A DNA stretch of 64,000 nt from Eledone cirrhosa (GCA_964016885.1 OZ024740.1:346518001-346582000); one strand, 5' to 3'. Positions 13,341 through 25,475 are shown, counted from the stretch's first letter. The notes: generated by a model from the sequence alone, not told the origin. A program made the numbers and translations.

Positions 13341-14590
13341 TCACTTAACTTGTTCGTGTGGTGAAGGGACAGTAGAACCGTCCCTTTCGTTGGTCACGTG
13401 TGTTTCCAAGAGGATGTCAGTGTATATCCTCTTGGTAACCGTCCCTCTGAATTTTTGTTTTAAAGGTTTGTACTGTTCTATTGAGATTTCGATGATGCTT
13501 ATGTTTGTCGGGAGAGTTCTTGGTGTTGGTCGGGTGTAGTAGTTTTTTTCTGTGATGTCTGATTCTGTGGAGTCTGGGAGGGGTATCTGCTCCACGGCTG
13601 TTGGTGGTGGTAGTGAAGCCCTCTTCGGGAATTTTGTTGCTGGTGTAGCTACTTCAAATGTAGCTATTGGTGTTGCCGCTACTGATGATGCTGCTTTAGT
13701 TATCCCTGGCCTTGGTACGTGTGCTACGGCCGTTGCCCTCCTACTCACCGTGGAAGGGGCTTCTTCATATGTTGCCTGCCCTGCTCTTGGTAGAAGCGGA
13801 CCATGTATTGGAAGGAGAGGGGCCTTCTTCGCTTTCTTCTGCGGGCAAAAGGCCCTCCGGTGACCTTTCGACCCACAGTGATATCATTTTGGCCGTCTTC
13901 CTTCTACACTTATAGGGAGTTGGAGTCCTTCCTCGATGTCTATGATATCGGGGATAGCGTCGATACATTCCTGGTCAGTTTTTATAAGCATTTGCATAAA
14001 CCTGACCAGTTCGTTCTACCTATTGTTTCTACTTGCAGCATGTCGACCTGTTCTCGATTCCAGCAAGGACAGACGCGGCCAGCCAAGGTATGGGCACGTC
14101 GGGTGGGACCTGGGTCAATTTTATGCCCGCAGTAGGAGGGCACCAAAACTATCTCCTCACTCTTTAGGGTTTCTACAGAGTGAGACTTTGCTTCCTAGGG
14201 GGTGGCGAAAAGTACGTCTACTGTGGCGTACTTTCTGCCTCGGGTGATGTGGGTTTTGCGTGCCCAGATGCACCCCAAGGCCTTTTGGATTTGAGCCTCC
14301 GTGGCTCTCTCCACTCGATGTGAGATTTTGCTTACGGTGCGGTAATTCACCGTCCGTAGCGGCTGGTCCTCGAAAAAATCGGGTGGAGGTTTCAGGGAAA
14401 CTCTATTGGCGCTTCTTGTCACCATCTCCCCCTCTGTGGCTAACACTGTCTCGCTATTTCGGGCGACACCTGCAAAAGAAGTGGTCCCTTTTTCAGCAGC
14501 ATCACTATTGCTGCCGCTACTGGTCTTACTGGTGGTGCTGAGGTCGCTATTACAGGTATCGGTGTCATTGTTGTTGTTTTCGCTGGTACA

Positions 14591-14621
<31 letters not shown>

Positions 14622-15073
14622 TCGTTGATACTGTTGCTGTTGTTACTGTTATTGTGGCTGTTGTTATTATTGTTGTTTTTGTTGATACTGTTCCTACTAT
14701 TATTGTTGTTGTGGCTGTTGTTATTGTCATTGTTATTCTCGTGCTCGACCTTACCGCTGTTATTTTTGTTATTGTTGTTCTCGACCTTACCGCTGTTATT
14801 TTTGTTATTATCGATCTCGACTTTACCGCTGTTATTTTTGTTGTTGCTGTTGTTATTGATGGTGTTGCTGTTGGTGTTGTTGTTGGTGTTATTGTTGGTG
14901 TTGTTTGTGTTAGAAATATTTGTTAATTTTAAATCTGTAACAATCATCTTTTCCTTTGTAATATTTTCGTTTATATTTACCTCCGCTGGAACGCTGTCTT
15001 GTTGACATGCTGATAAAGTCTCCCTCTCTCTGTGTCGTCTGACAGCGCTTTCTCCCTTTCTTGTGTTATCCAT
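13341..15073 (-). pseudogene. Tx1-like ORF1 with poly-Asn N-terminal tract, frameshifted
   Basis: MDNTRK..(N)n..FFEDQPLRTVNYR..ITRGRKYATVDVLFATP; C-terminus RIYTDILLETH..STVPSP matches subfamily A ORF1. Confidence 0.78.
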
Positions 15074-15312
15074 GTTGAAATTTTTCAAAAAAAATATTTT
15101 TACACAAATACGAATACGACACCCCGTAAAGGGGTGCCGTATTATTTACTAGTGAACCTCTGTATTAGGTGGGTCACTTCTTCTAAACTTTTATCAAATT
15201 TAAAACTTGAATAAAAGGTTTAGAACGGTTGAAAAAGAGGTAAAACATTGAAAAGAAACTGGAGGCGATAAGAAGCGTGGCTTCACCAACAACAATAATA
15301 ATAATAATAATA

Positions 15313-15502
15313 ATAATTGTTTCTACTTTAGGCACAAAGCCAGCAATTACACAGTGTATTACTGGTACTTGATTTTATCGACCCCGTAAGGATGAAAGGC
15401 AAAGTCAACCTCGGCTGGTTTTGAACGCAGATCGTAAATGGACGTAACTATGCTGGAAAGCATGGCGTCCGACCCTCTACCGATGCTGCCAATCCACCGC
15501 CT
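15313..15502 (-). mobile_element. tRNA-derived SINE, full length
   Basis: Reverse complement of the 36660-36850 consensus: A box TGGCAGCATCGG, B-like GCGTTCAAAACC, core GACTTTGCCTTTCATCCTTACGGGGTCGATAAAAT, tail GTAGAAACAATTATT. Confidence 0.9.
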
Positions 15503-15564
15503 AATAATAACAATAATAACAATAATATTAGATAAGAGCATACCATGTGATCACAATATCGCGG

Positions 15565-15760
15565 CAAAATAATTTTTCCAGGGATGCTTAAAGAACATTG
15601 GCCCCGCCACGCTTTTTGGAACGCTTCAAAAGGCATGCTTGCTGGGAACAGCAAGAACCCTCCGATACGTCCGGAATATCTGAGGCTGCAGGTAGTGGCT
15701 TGATATTCATTTCAACAAACTTTCCAGTTAACTAACATCAATGACTGAGACTCAAAGAAC
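15565..15760 (+). mobile_element. R4/Dong-like 3' tip (same family as 2476-2985)
   Basis: Near-identical to 2790-2985, followed by (AAT)n. Confidence 0.88.
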
Positions 15761-15790
<30 letters not shown>

Positions 15791-15792
<2 letters not shown>

Positions 15793-15900
15793 TGATTTCT
15801 CTGTTAGCCACACAGGGCTCATATTAAGGAGTCATTAAAGACGGTACATGACCCTGTAGATATTTTTTTGTGTAAAACAGAATTTACAACAGATTAAGAA
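15791..15900 (-). mobile_element. Third Tx1-like 3'UTR tip
   Basis: gatttctctgttagccacacagggctc..gacggtacatgacc resembles the termini at 3020 and 9610; abuts (AAT)n. Confidence 0.55.
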
Positions 15901-16410
15901 AATAAACATAAAAACAATAATTATGATAATGATAATCATAAAAATATTGAAGATGATATTGATCCTGATGACCATGATGTTGACAATGATGAAATGATAA
16001 CACATTGCTATGAACAAACATATAAGGATTTTTCTTGTCATTAGTGTATTGATATTTAAAAGGAAATAACTATTTAAAAATAATATCAACTACAACACCA
16101 GCAGCAGTATCATATATCACATCGACAACACCCCCACCATCATCATCAACAATAAACAATATCATCAGCATCATGGTCGTCATCATAATCAACATCTTCA
16201 ACATCATGAACATCATCCTTTTATTCTCATCATCACCAGCATCCTCGTGGTTAACGTCATCACCATAAAGAACATTGTTGTAGATTGTTCCTTTTTTGGC
16301 AAGCTGCATGCCACCAACGATGTATACCCTTTCATTCAACATGTTTTCTCGCTATCTTATACTTACACACATACACAGACACACACACATATATACATAC
16401 ACACATATAT

Positions 16411-16445
<35 letters not shown>

Positions 16446-16725
16446 CATAGATACATACGAAAATATATACTTATATATACATGTTGTTTTATTTATTTTC
16501 TGCAGGTCTGCAAAAGTGATCAAACTGCCAGTGCCGACTTACTTCAAACTGACGAGACAGACTTTAGTGAAAACTGAAACGATAGGCGTGTATATAACTT
16601 CAAGACTCCATCACGTCACAGTTGTCTGCTGTGTTTTATTTATGTTCTGTCGGGACGATCACCCCCATTACATCTGCAATGAGCCGTAATTGTCATGCTT
16701 GCTTCTAACATTTTTTCGTCATACC

Positions 16726-16727
<2 letters not shown>

Positions 16728-16777
<50 letters not shown>

Positions 16778-16790
16778 AATATTATTATTG
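16728..16790. repeat. (TTA)n microsatellite
   Basis: Direct observation. Confidence 0.95.
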
Positions 16791-16964
16791 GGAGCAGTAA
16801 ATGTCAGAATAGTAAGAGTGAAAGAAGGAGATAAATAAAGTACTTTGCGTTCTTATGGTACGTCCCTTCATTCTATTTCAAAATTCCCCCGGAGAACGTT
16901 TGACGTTTGCTCACCTGGCTTCTATAAATAGCTACTAGACAACTGAAGATTTATAAGTGCGCCT

Positions 16965-17150
16965 ATTAGACTGTACTCTACCACTAAACATCTGATATTG
17001 TGGTTATTCTATTATATAGAATTTATAATATTCTACGGTCTACATAAGTAGAGCTTTAATTAGACTTTACTCTACAACTAATCATCTGATATTGTGGTTA
17101 ATTTACTGCATACTATTCTACTGGCTACATAAGTAACGCTTTAATTATGT
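16965..17150. repeat. Imperfect ~95-bp tandem duplication
   Basis: ttagact(g/t)tactcta..catctgatattgtggtta..tattctac..ctacataagta..ctttaatta occurs twice. Confidence 0.7.
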
Positions 17151-17460
17151 GCTCGTTCAGTTAGGAAACGAAATCGAATATTTGTTTAATGGACAAAATA
17201 CTTATATCATGCTGCTGAATAAATGTTGAAAATGATATGCAACATATCCTTAATGATATAAGTTTCTAGATATTCCAGTTTAGTGGGACAAGTACTGTAA
17301 TTCGTCCACTACATTTGTAGTTTCAATCACAGCCACATACTCTGATTGTTTTTCTTATCTGATAATACGGATGTATAACAATGCACAGAAGCTAACTAAA
17401 TCGTTACTAATTTCGGCATACTGTGGCAGATCTTGACAGAATACATATATATATATATAT

Positions 17461-18285
17461 CCTCAGCATTCTCGTGTAGCACCCATCCACCATCTGAGTG
17501 AGTTTCTTGGTCAGTGTCCAAGTCTCAGACCCTTACAGCAGCACAGACTCCACTATAGCGATGAAGAGGCGGATTTTCAGGTTTCTACGAAGGCCCGACT
17601 TCCACACCGATCTCAAGCTATGTAGGTTACAGAGCCACATCATCTTCCGTATTCCCAATCTTTGTTCCCAAATACAGGAAATCCTCAACCAATTCTAGCG
17701 GCTTCAAACCTATATTAGTGATCCCCTCTGGCTTCTCTACATTCTCTACCAGATATTTTGTTTTAGTCTCATTCATTCTCAGCCCCACACTCATCGACAC
17801 AGTCTCAACCTCCTGCATCAAACCCTCTGCCTCCTTCAGGGTATTTGTCACCAAAACTATGTCGTCGGCAAATTCAGCATCTGATATCTTTTTCGCCTTA
17901 AATCTCCTGCTCTTAGCCGGTGCTACAGTAAAGCCAGAGTCCTGGTGTTTCTCCAGTGCAAGGCGAATACATTAATCAGTATACACTGAGGATGAAAAAC
18001 TCAGAGCTGTATGGAATCCTCCCAAAAGTCACCTCAAATGTGACACAGAGGAGACTGAGGTTAGCTAGACATGCTCACCGACATCCAGAGTTGACATTGC
18101 ATTCAGTGCTCCTGTGGGAGCCCCTACATGGACACATTGGAAGAGGAAGACCAAGGTTAACGTATGTTGATGCTCTAAGGACAGACACTGGTCTGTTAGA
18201 GACGCAGGACATGGCAGCGAAAAGGAGGGACAGAGACCGCTGGAGAGAACTCATCCATAGGTCTCGGGAATTTTACCCGCCCTAG
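17461..18285. mobile_element. RTE-clade LINE fragment with 5' inversion
   Basis: Minus 17461-17970: FADDIVL..GLRMNETKTK..FLYLG..VLLYGSETWTL..GCYTRMLR; plus 17970-18285: RRLRLARHAHR..GRGRPRLTYVD..DRDRWR..*. Confidence 0.88.
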
Positions 18286-18298
18286 AATATATATATAT

Positions 18299-18818
18299 AT
18301 CAAAATAAAGATCCGAAGGCATGGTATAAATTTCTAATCATTTTAATCACGACACAGGTTTCAATAAGAGATATATTGATTATCACTGATCTCGTCAGGT
18401 GAAAATGAATTGTCTTCAAATCGTTGATATGAGAGAGAAAATTAACGGTGTTCAATCACAGTGTTTAGTCCCTCATATGAAGATCAAGCAGTCAAAACAC
18501 GGCAACTGCAATCGTCCTGTGAGTGAACACCGTTAATTTTCTCCCTCATATCAAGGATTTGAAGACAATTCATTTTCAACTGACGAGTCAAGTGATAATC
18601 GATGTTGGCTACACGATCTATCTGTTATTGAAACATGTGTCGTGATTAAAATGATTGGAAACATACCATGCCTTCGGATCTTTATTTTGATACAAATACT
18701 CCGTTTTACATCATCTAGCTGTTACCATAAATGGAATTGGAGATATACAAAAGCGTGGAGAACTTAATATTGCTGACAAAAATGTATTGGACCGTTTGAC
18801 ACAACCAATAATACACCT

Positions 18819-18822
<4 letters not shown>
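18299..18822. mobile_element. Penelope-pLTR-like fold-back unit with hammerhead motifs (family 1)
   Basis: Arms ~18299-18461 and ~18517-18692 are inverted; each has CTGACGA..GAAAC..GTC; long arm runs to (TA)n at 18823. Confidence 0.7.
18347..18402 (-). ncRNA. Type I hammerhead ribozyme motif
   Basis: Minus strand TCAC-CTGACGA-(helix II)-GAAAC CTGT GTC-GTGA: intact core, GUC triplet, 4-bp helix I. Confidence 0.65.
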
Positions 18823-18887
<65 letters not shown>

Positions 18888-18888
18888 A

Positions 18889-18955
<67 letters not shown>

Positions 18956-18989
18956 AGTATATATATATATATATATGTATATATATAAG

Positions 18990-19022
<33 letters not shown>

Positions 19023-19043
19023 GTATGTATATATATATATATT

Positions 19044-19121
<78 letters not shown>

Positions 19122-19142
19122 TATATATAAATATATATATAT

Positions 19143-19224
<82 letters not shown>
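18823..19224. repeat. (TA)n/(TG)n microsatellite
   Basis: Direct observation. Confidence 0.97.
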
Positions 19225-19228
<4 letters not shown>

Positions 19229-19673
19229 GAAGTAATTCCGTCGGAAAGGTCCAGGAAAAAAGAGTGCTCTATATAGGTTACAGAGCTTAATAGTTTCAGG
19301 AATTAACCAACATACACATATGTTGTTTATTACATAACTATATATATATATATATATATATAGTAAGGTGTATTATATATATATATCGGGATTTAACCAG
19401 TATTAAACTATAGTACTCGATTTATAGTACTATTTAACATAGTACTCGATACTTACTTAGTTCATTAGAGTGTCAAAATCGTAGAGTCGGGGCACGAAAA
19501 CCGAACTGTTGTCACTTCGACAGCTAATTTCAGGCTATATATCTCTCTCAGTCTCTCTCTTGCCCCCACCCCTCTCTCACCCTCCCTTTCTCCCCATCTG
19601 TCTCTCCCTCTCTCTTTCTCTGTATATATACATTCATATCTATATATATATATATATGTGTGTGTGTATGTGT

Positions 19674-19774
<101 letters not shown>

Positions 19775-19829
19775 TAATTACACACAAACACACACACACA
19801 TATGCACATACCCCGCACCAATTTTCAGT

Positions 19830-20700
19830 TGCAGGATTGGGAAAAATTCTGCTGTAGTTTCTCATATAAATGATGCATCCTAAACTAATTAACTCCATAC
19901 GGACCCAGAGACCGCAACTCGCTGTTTTGTGACGTTTGCATATTGTACTGAAAATGTCCATATCCACCCCAGGAACAACTCTCTAATGTTATACTGCTAT
20001 TGTTGATATGCTCTGTTAGCCAACATAAAACACTGGCACCGGACATCCCAGGAAGTCTACTGGGTTAATGTCTATGTGTGAGGCACCATAAACGCCATAG
20101 AAATACAATATCAAGGCTATCGAAATGACACAAGGTATATCAATTGAATATTTACTTCGCCAGTGACATCAGCTACATAGAGAAGTAGAACTATCAGACG
20201 CCAGGGCACTAATAAATGCATACCGGCTGTCACGGGCAATTGCCTAAATTTAACATAAACATAACTACCCTAAATTACGAACACAATCAAAAGAACAGTG
20301 GATACCACATAGGGAAGTATCCGCCATAGAACAGTCAACGTGGAATTCAGTCCACACGCTATTAAAATATGATTTGCTTGTATATAATCAAATGACTCAA
20401 TGGCCTAAACATCATCGTTGAATTTCAAAGAAACCAAATCTATCCAAATATTCAAGAAAACGTAGCCGATGGTCACACTTCTAACACTAGAATCAAACTG
20501 CACAAAAGACACGGTCAAACGTGTAAATAACGCCACTCCTTAACTCGCTTACGACGTCCTTTACCACTTCATGCCGCATAAAGAAAGTAAAAATAAGACG
20601 ACTGTCTAAATAATGTCACTACCCTCCAGGCAAATCAAACATGTCTTGCCAGAATTGCTGGTATGTGTATGACAGATGTCATCATGTTGCAGCCGTTACA
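19830..20700 (+). mobile_element. Possible very old LINE RT remnant
   Basis: Faint echoes only (W/GKNSAVVSHI near 19837; KYNIKAIEMTQ near 20101); no sustained ORF. Confidence 0.25.
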
Positions 20701-20949
20701 TTACGTAGTTTCTATAAAATCATCTGTAGAGATTATGAGCCTAATTGTGTAAATGGACATGCGCCCTCCTGAAATAATACCCGATCATAAACAGATAACG
20801 ATCTCGACACGCCATATATACCAGAACCTATACTGAACAAATCTAAAAACTTGAATCTCAGCTTAATGAACCGAAAAACATGTATGCGCTTAATAGTCTA
20901 CACCAAACCTCTTGCATACATAAATATCGAAGCAGATGAAATTTATAAT

Positions 20950-21031
20950 GCCAGCAATTATCCCAGTGCATTATTGGTACTTTATTTTATCGAACGCGTA
21001 AGGATGAAAGGCAAAGTTAACCTCGGCGGGA
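20950..21031 (-). mobile_element. tRNA-SINE partial copy
   Basis: Matches the SINE core and 3' part. Confidence 0.8.
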
Positions 21032-21426
21032 TAGTAAAGACATGGTCCAAACTGGCCTGGTGGATTCTGAAGTAATTCAGGCCTGTGGTATTGTGACAGC
21101 TTTTGTTGTCATTTGCAGAGATTATTTCCTCAGCTAAAGTAATCATGCATTGTCATATTAACTGCAGGACATGGCGCAGTTCAATAGTATTGCGCCAAGA
21201 AGATTTCCTCTATGGGCGAAGATGAAATGCAGGTGCTGACGTATAAAGTCAATATCGGTACACTTCTTGTGTAAGGAACGCATTATGCAAGAAACAGAAA
21301 AAGCGATGAGACGTCAAAATCACTTAGGAATCAGTGACCAACAAATAGCGACATCTTTATGATGTGTAGCAACAATACCGGTTTAACACCAGAATGTGTA
21401 TTTTCTATGCTGCACTATACTTATGG

Positions 21427-21540
<114 letters not shown>

Positions 21541-21610
21541 TGTGTGTGTGCGTGTGCGTGTGCGTGTGTGTGTGCGTGTGTGTGTGGGTGTGTGTGTGAG
21601 TGTGTGTGTG

Positions 21611-21670
21611 TGCCAGAAAAGCTTTCCTGAGGATTTCATTCGAATGAAACAGTTCTAGTCATGCAGAAGC

Positions 21671-21742
<72 letters not shown>

Positions 21743-21806
21743 TATATGGGTTATGTCTGACTAGAACTGTTTCATTCGAATGAAATCCCCAGGAAAGATT
21801 GTCTGG
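21611..21806. mobile_element. Inverted pair of HHR-like units (family 2) flanking a (CA)n tract
   Basis: CTGAGGA-TTTCATTCGAAT-GAAAC AGTTCTA GTC on + at ~21627-21660; reverse-complement copy at ~21750-21806; related piece at 38036-38056. Confidence 0.55.
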
Positions 21807-22119
21807 TTATTTTGTATAATGGGTTTGTATATGGAATCATATACTATGTATTTATATACAGTAAACATATAGGTGCCTAGCTAAGAAACAATAACTTTAA
21901 TAAAAAAAATATTTTTCTCTATTTTCTCAGTGGACACATCGCAAGTTTCTTTACATAGAAATGCCAGACAGCGCTGTTTCAAGTTGCTTTAATCATTCAT
22001 CAGTGACATTTATTAACCAATACTGACATGGAAATAGACTAGAATCCGTAGAAGCTTTTTGTGATGAAAATCTTTTGGATATACCTAATTTGTATAATTT
22101 ATTGGCTATAATTAATTGC

Positions 22120-22415
22120 ACTTGATAGGTTTGATGCCGAGCGCTTCATGGCTGGAATGAAAATCAGTGCTGGGAAAACTGAGACACTCGTCCTCTCAAA
22201 GAAGCCTGCACAGTGCACGCTACATGTGAATGGAGTTCCACTGAAGCTGGAAGTGTAGTTAAGAACCTTAGGACCAGGTGGCTGAATTATATGCCAGAAT
22301 TGGAAAAGCTGGTGCAGTAATGTGCCAGCTTTAGCATTCATCAATCAGAGGATGGTAAACATAAAAGCCGAACTCGCTGTCTTCAATTCGGTTCTCATGC
22401 CAACAATGACCTATT
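22120..22415 (+). mobile_element. RTE-clade RT C-terminal fragment
   Basis: LDRF..AGMKISAGKTETLVLS..ARIGKAGAVM..AVFNSVLMPTMTY. Confidence 0.78.
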
Positions 22416-22486
22416 CTATATAAATATATGATATATGATTTCATATATATTTCATATATATTCATGTCTAAACGCAACTGGCATTA

Positions 22487-22600
22487 TACATTTCTGAGGA
22501 AGATGCAGGACGGGATCATCCGAAACTAAAAAAACAATCTGTGAACGCAGAAGTAAATATTTTGAATAACGTTGCAACCGAAGGAAAACAGGAAGACGAC
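22487..22600 (+). ncRNA. HHR-bearing unit (family 3)
   Basis: CTGAGGA (22494) AGATG-loop-CATCC GAAAC..ATC TGTG; paralog at 36972-37052 keeps GAAACT..AGTC. Confidence 0.55.
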
Positions 22601-22780
22601 ACTTTGGTTCATGAAGATGTTCGCTGGCAATAAACGAAAAAAAGCGAATATAAAACGTCGTTATGTGGACCGATGTGAACAAATACACGCAATGACGAAA
22701 CCACGTTTATCGTATAAATAAAGTCATAGACTAATATTCTATTTAGGAAACCGAATGATTCTCTGCTACGGAGTTAAAAA

Positions 22781-22917
22781 TAATTGTTTCTACTTTTGGC
22801 ACAAGGCCAGCAATTATCCCAGTGTATTCGGAGTTAAGAATAACTGTTTCTACTTTTGGCACAAAGCCAGCAATTATCCCAGTGTATTACTGGTACTTTG
22901 TTTTATCGATCCCGCAA
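22781..22917 (-). mobile_element. Two tandem 3' fragments of the tRNA-SINE
   Basis: tgtttctacttttggcaca..gccagcaattatcccagtgtatt repeated with a ~60-bp period. Confidence 0.8.
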
Positions 22918-23113
22918 GAATAATGTAAATAAATTAGTAGAACGATAATGACAGAGGTTATTAAAGTCATAATAATTAAATATACACATACATTCTTTGC
23001 TTAAACTCTAATCTGTTATTTTAATAAATATTTGCACTGGGGTTCTTATATATTTGATATATATTTATCCTTATCGAGCCCTCTTTTGATTTTAGTCTTC
23101 ACATATATATATA

Positions 23114-23780
23114 TTGTTTTTTTCCTATCTTTGCGTTGCTATCAATCCTTCCATGTTTGTTTACTTGTCTCGCCCGCTTTACGCGATTTACTTGTCCCAA
23201 TAGCTTTATTTAGCTATTGCTCGCACCAACTGGAGGTATATGATTTTTAAAGCGATGAAATACCAATGAAGGTTGGAAAATCACTGACTATTTTTATCAT
23301 ATGCAACCCATGTGCAACCAGGCAGTATTCTTTCTTCTCATGTTTTTTATATATATTTACCTCGGCTGCGTTTGTCTGTTTCTCTCTTACTGCTTCCCCG
23401 CTCTCTCTGTTTCGCCCCCTCTGTCAGTTACACTTTCTCTCGACTGGCAACTTCCACTCACTCACTCTCTGTTTCTCCCCTTCTCATTTCCTCCCGTTTG
23501 GCCTGTGTGGGTTCTCTTCTTGCTCACATCTCACTCACGTCGGATGGTCTGTATCTCGCTCGCTCATGAAATCCACCCAGCTAAAGCTGTTGCTTGTTTT
23601 TTCCTATCTTTGCGTTGCTATCAATCCTTCCATGTTTGTTTACTTGTCTCGCCCGCTTTCCGCGATTTACTTGTCCCAATAGCTTTATTTAGCTATTGCT
23701 CGCACCAACCGGAGGTATATGATTTTTAAAACAATGAAATACCAATGACGTTTGAAAATCACTGACGAAGGACTATTTTT

Positions 23781-23786
<6 letters not shown>
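23114..23786 (+). mobile_element. Non-coding unit with ~190-bp direct terminal repeats (pLTR/TRIM-like)
   Basis: 23114-23302 and 23594-23786 are near-identical around a CT-rich spacer; the second ends in CTGACGAAGG then (TA)n. Confidence 0.6.
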
Positions 23787-23824
<38 letters not shown>

Positions 23825-24199
23825 ATCTTGGAAAATGATTTCGAAAGCACCTGCTTACTGAAACACGGCCTTATCAAGATTCTGTGAATTATGTATTGAA
23901 AATATTTTTATATAATTAATTGTAAAAACTCTATTAACCTCAGGACAGAAATATTTAGTTGTTGCAGACATCGCCAAAATTCTACATTCAGAACTATATG
24001 TAACTTATAATATACTTATAATATTCCTATTAATCTCCAAAATGATCTTATCTGCTCTAACATTTTATATTTGTATTACTTTTAATATATCTCTAATTCA
24101 TAATATTTTTAAAATGTATTATAATATATATATATCTGTCTGTATGTATAGATATTTATATATATTTATGTACTTCTACATTTATGCTTCTATATAATT

Positions 24200-24256
24200 C
24201 TAATTTTAATTTTAATTTTAATTTTAATTTTAATTTTAATTTTAATTTTAATTTTT
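24200..24256. repeat. (TTTTAA)n repeat
   Basis: Direct observation. Confidence 0.92.
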
Positions 24257-25301
24257 TTAAATTCTTTAATTCTTTTTTCTTAATTCCTTATTATTCCTCT
24301 AAAGCTATTTTTTAAATGTAGATTAATAACCATTAACTGTTTTTAGTAAAATGTATCCTATTTAGGATGAGGTTTAAATATTCATATTTCTTTAGACTAA
24401 ATAATTAATCCCACACTAGCGATTAATAAAAAAAATCGGAGTTATCTTTCCTTCTTTCAATCATAAAAACTTTTTATACATAACTCCGTTAATTTAATTT
24501 AATTTAAACCTTATCAATTGTAACTCCCTATTTATTTCAACATCAAACTTCCCTAGTAGCCTATATTAGGAACACATGCCTATTTATTTATTTATAAATC
24601 AACATACCTCGTAACACATATTATAAACAAACTATCCTTTTAATAAAAAAAATACATATGCTATTATTAAAATATATATATAGATATTTATATATTATTA
24701 TACTTAGATAAATACTTCTCCATATAAATATAGACAAATGTCTGAATATATTTCCCCTAAATTAACGTTTAAGTGGTCTTCCTTTTCTTTCTTCTTTAAC
24801 AATTTTAGTTTGATAATTTATATAGCTTCGTTAAATTAACAATATTCTGAAAACATTCTCAATGTTGAAAATTGTTGAATCCACAAATTATTCTAATCTC
24901 ACAACTTGAAAATAAAATTTCAACATCTTTCGTAACGCATATTTGTTTATATAAACAATCAATGCATACGCAACTTATTAATATATATAGAGATATTTAT
25001 ATTCATATATCATCCTAATGTAATAAGATAAAAATACTTACAACCATAATTCTTCATATAATTTTATAATTCATAATATAGGTAACGAAAATCTTTTGCC
25101 CCAAATTAACGTTATTCTTTTTTCTTTTTCTTTTTTCTTTTTCCTTTTCTCTTTCTCTTTCTCTTCCTTCCTTATCATAATTATTTAAATGTTCCATAGC
25201 GTCTAAAATAACGTTGATTTCAGCCGTTTAATATAAACATCATTTGCGTACTCATATTAATAATTTTAAATATCTGACTTTTCTTCTCTCCCCCCTTCAC
25301 T

Positions 25302-25418
25302 AAAACATTTTGTATTTTATCTGATGATAGCGTACCAAAACTCTTGGTACCCTTGAAATATATATAATAGAATAAATATGGTTTTATAAATATAGTTTCC
25401 ATTTGTTTAATATCATTG

Positions 25419-25420
<2 letters not shown>
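25302..25420 (+). ncRNA. HHR-bearing unit (family 6)
   Basis: CTGATGA (25321) ..GTACCA-loop-TGGTAC.. GAAA TATATA; AATAAA downstream; ends in (TA)n. Confidence 0.65.

Positions 25421-25475
<55 letters not shown>

Larger units (their letters stand above)
9610..15288 (-). mobile_element. Tx1-like LINE subfamily B, apparently full length but decayed
   Basis: 5' end near 15288, ORF1, ORF2 (APE, RT, zinc finger), distinct 3'UTR with AATAAA and (ATT)n tail; (AAT)n flanks. Confidence 0.92.

Noticed and set aside
14406-15005. Leu/Val-rich membrane-like ORFs on + (also 4702-5409 and 5863-6348)
   Set aside because: They are the antisense of the low-complexity Tx1 ORF1 tracts.
16506-16689. Candidate exon after TTTTCTGCAG, also containing CTGACGAG..CTGAAAC
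   Set aside because: No recognisable protein, no clear donor, and helices I/III of a hammerhead cannot be formed convincingly.
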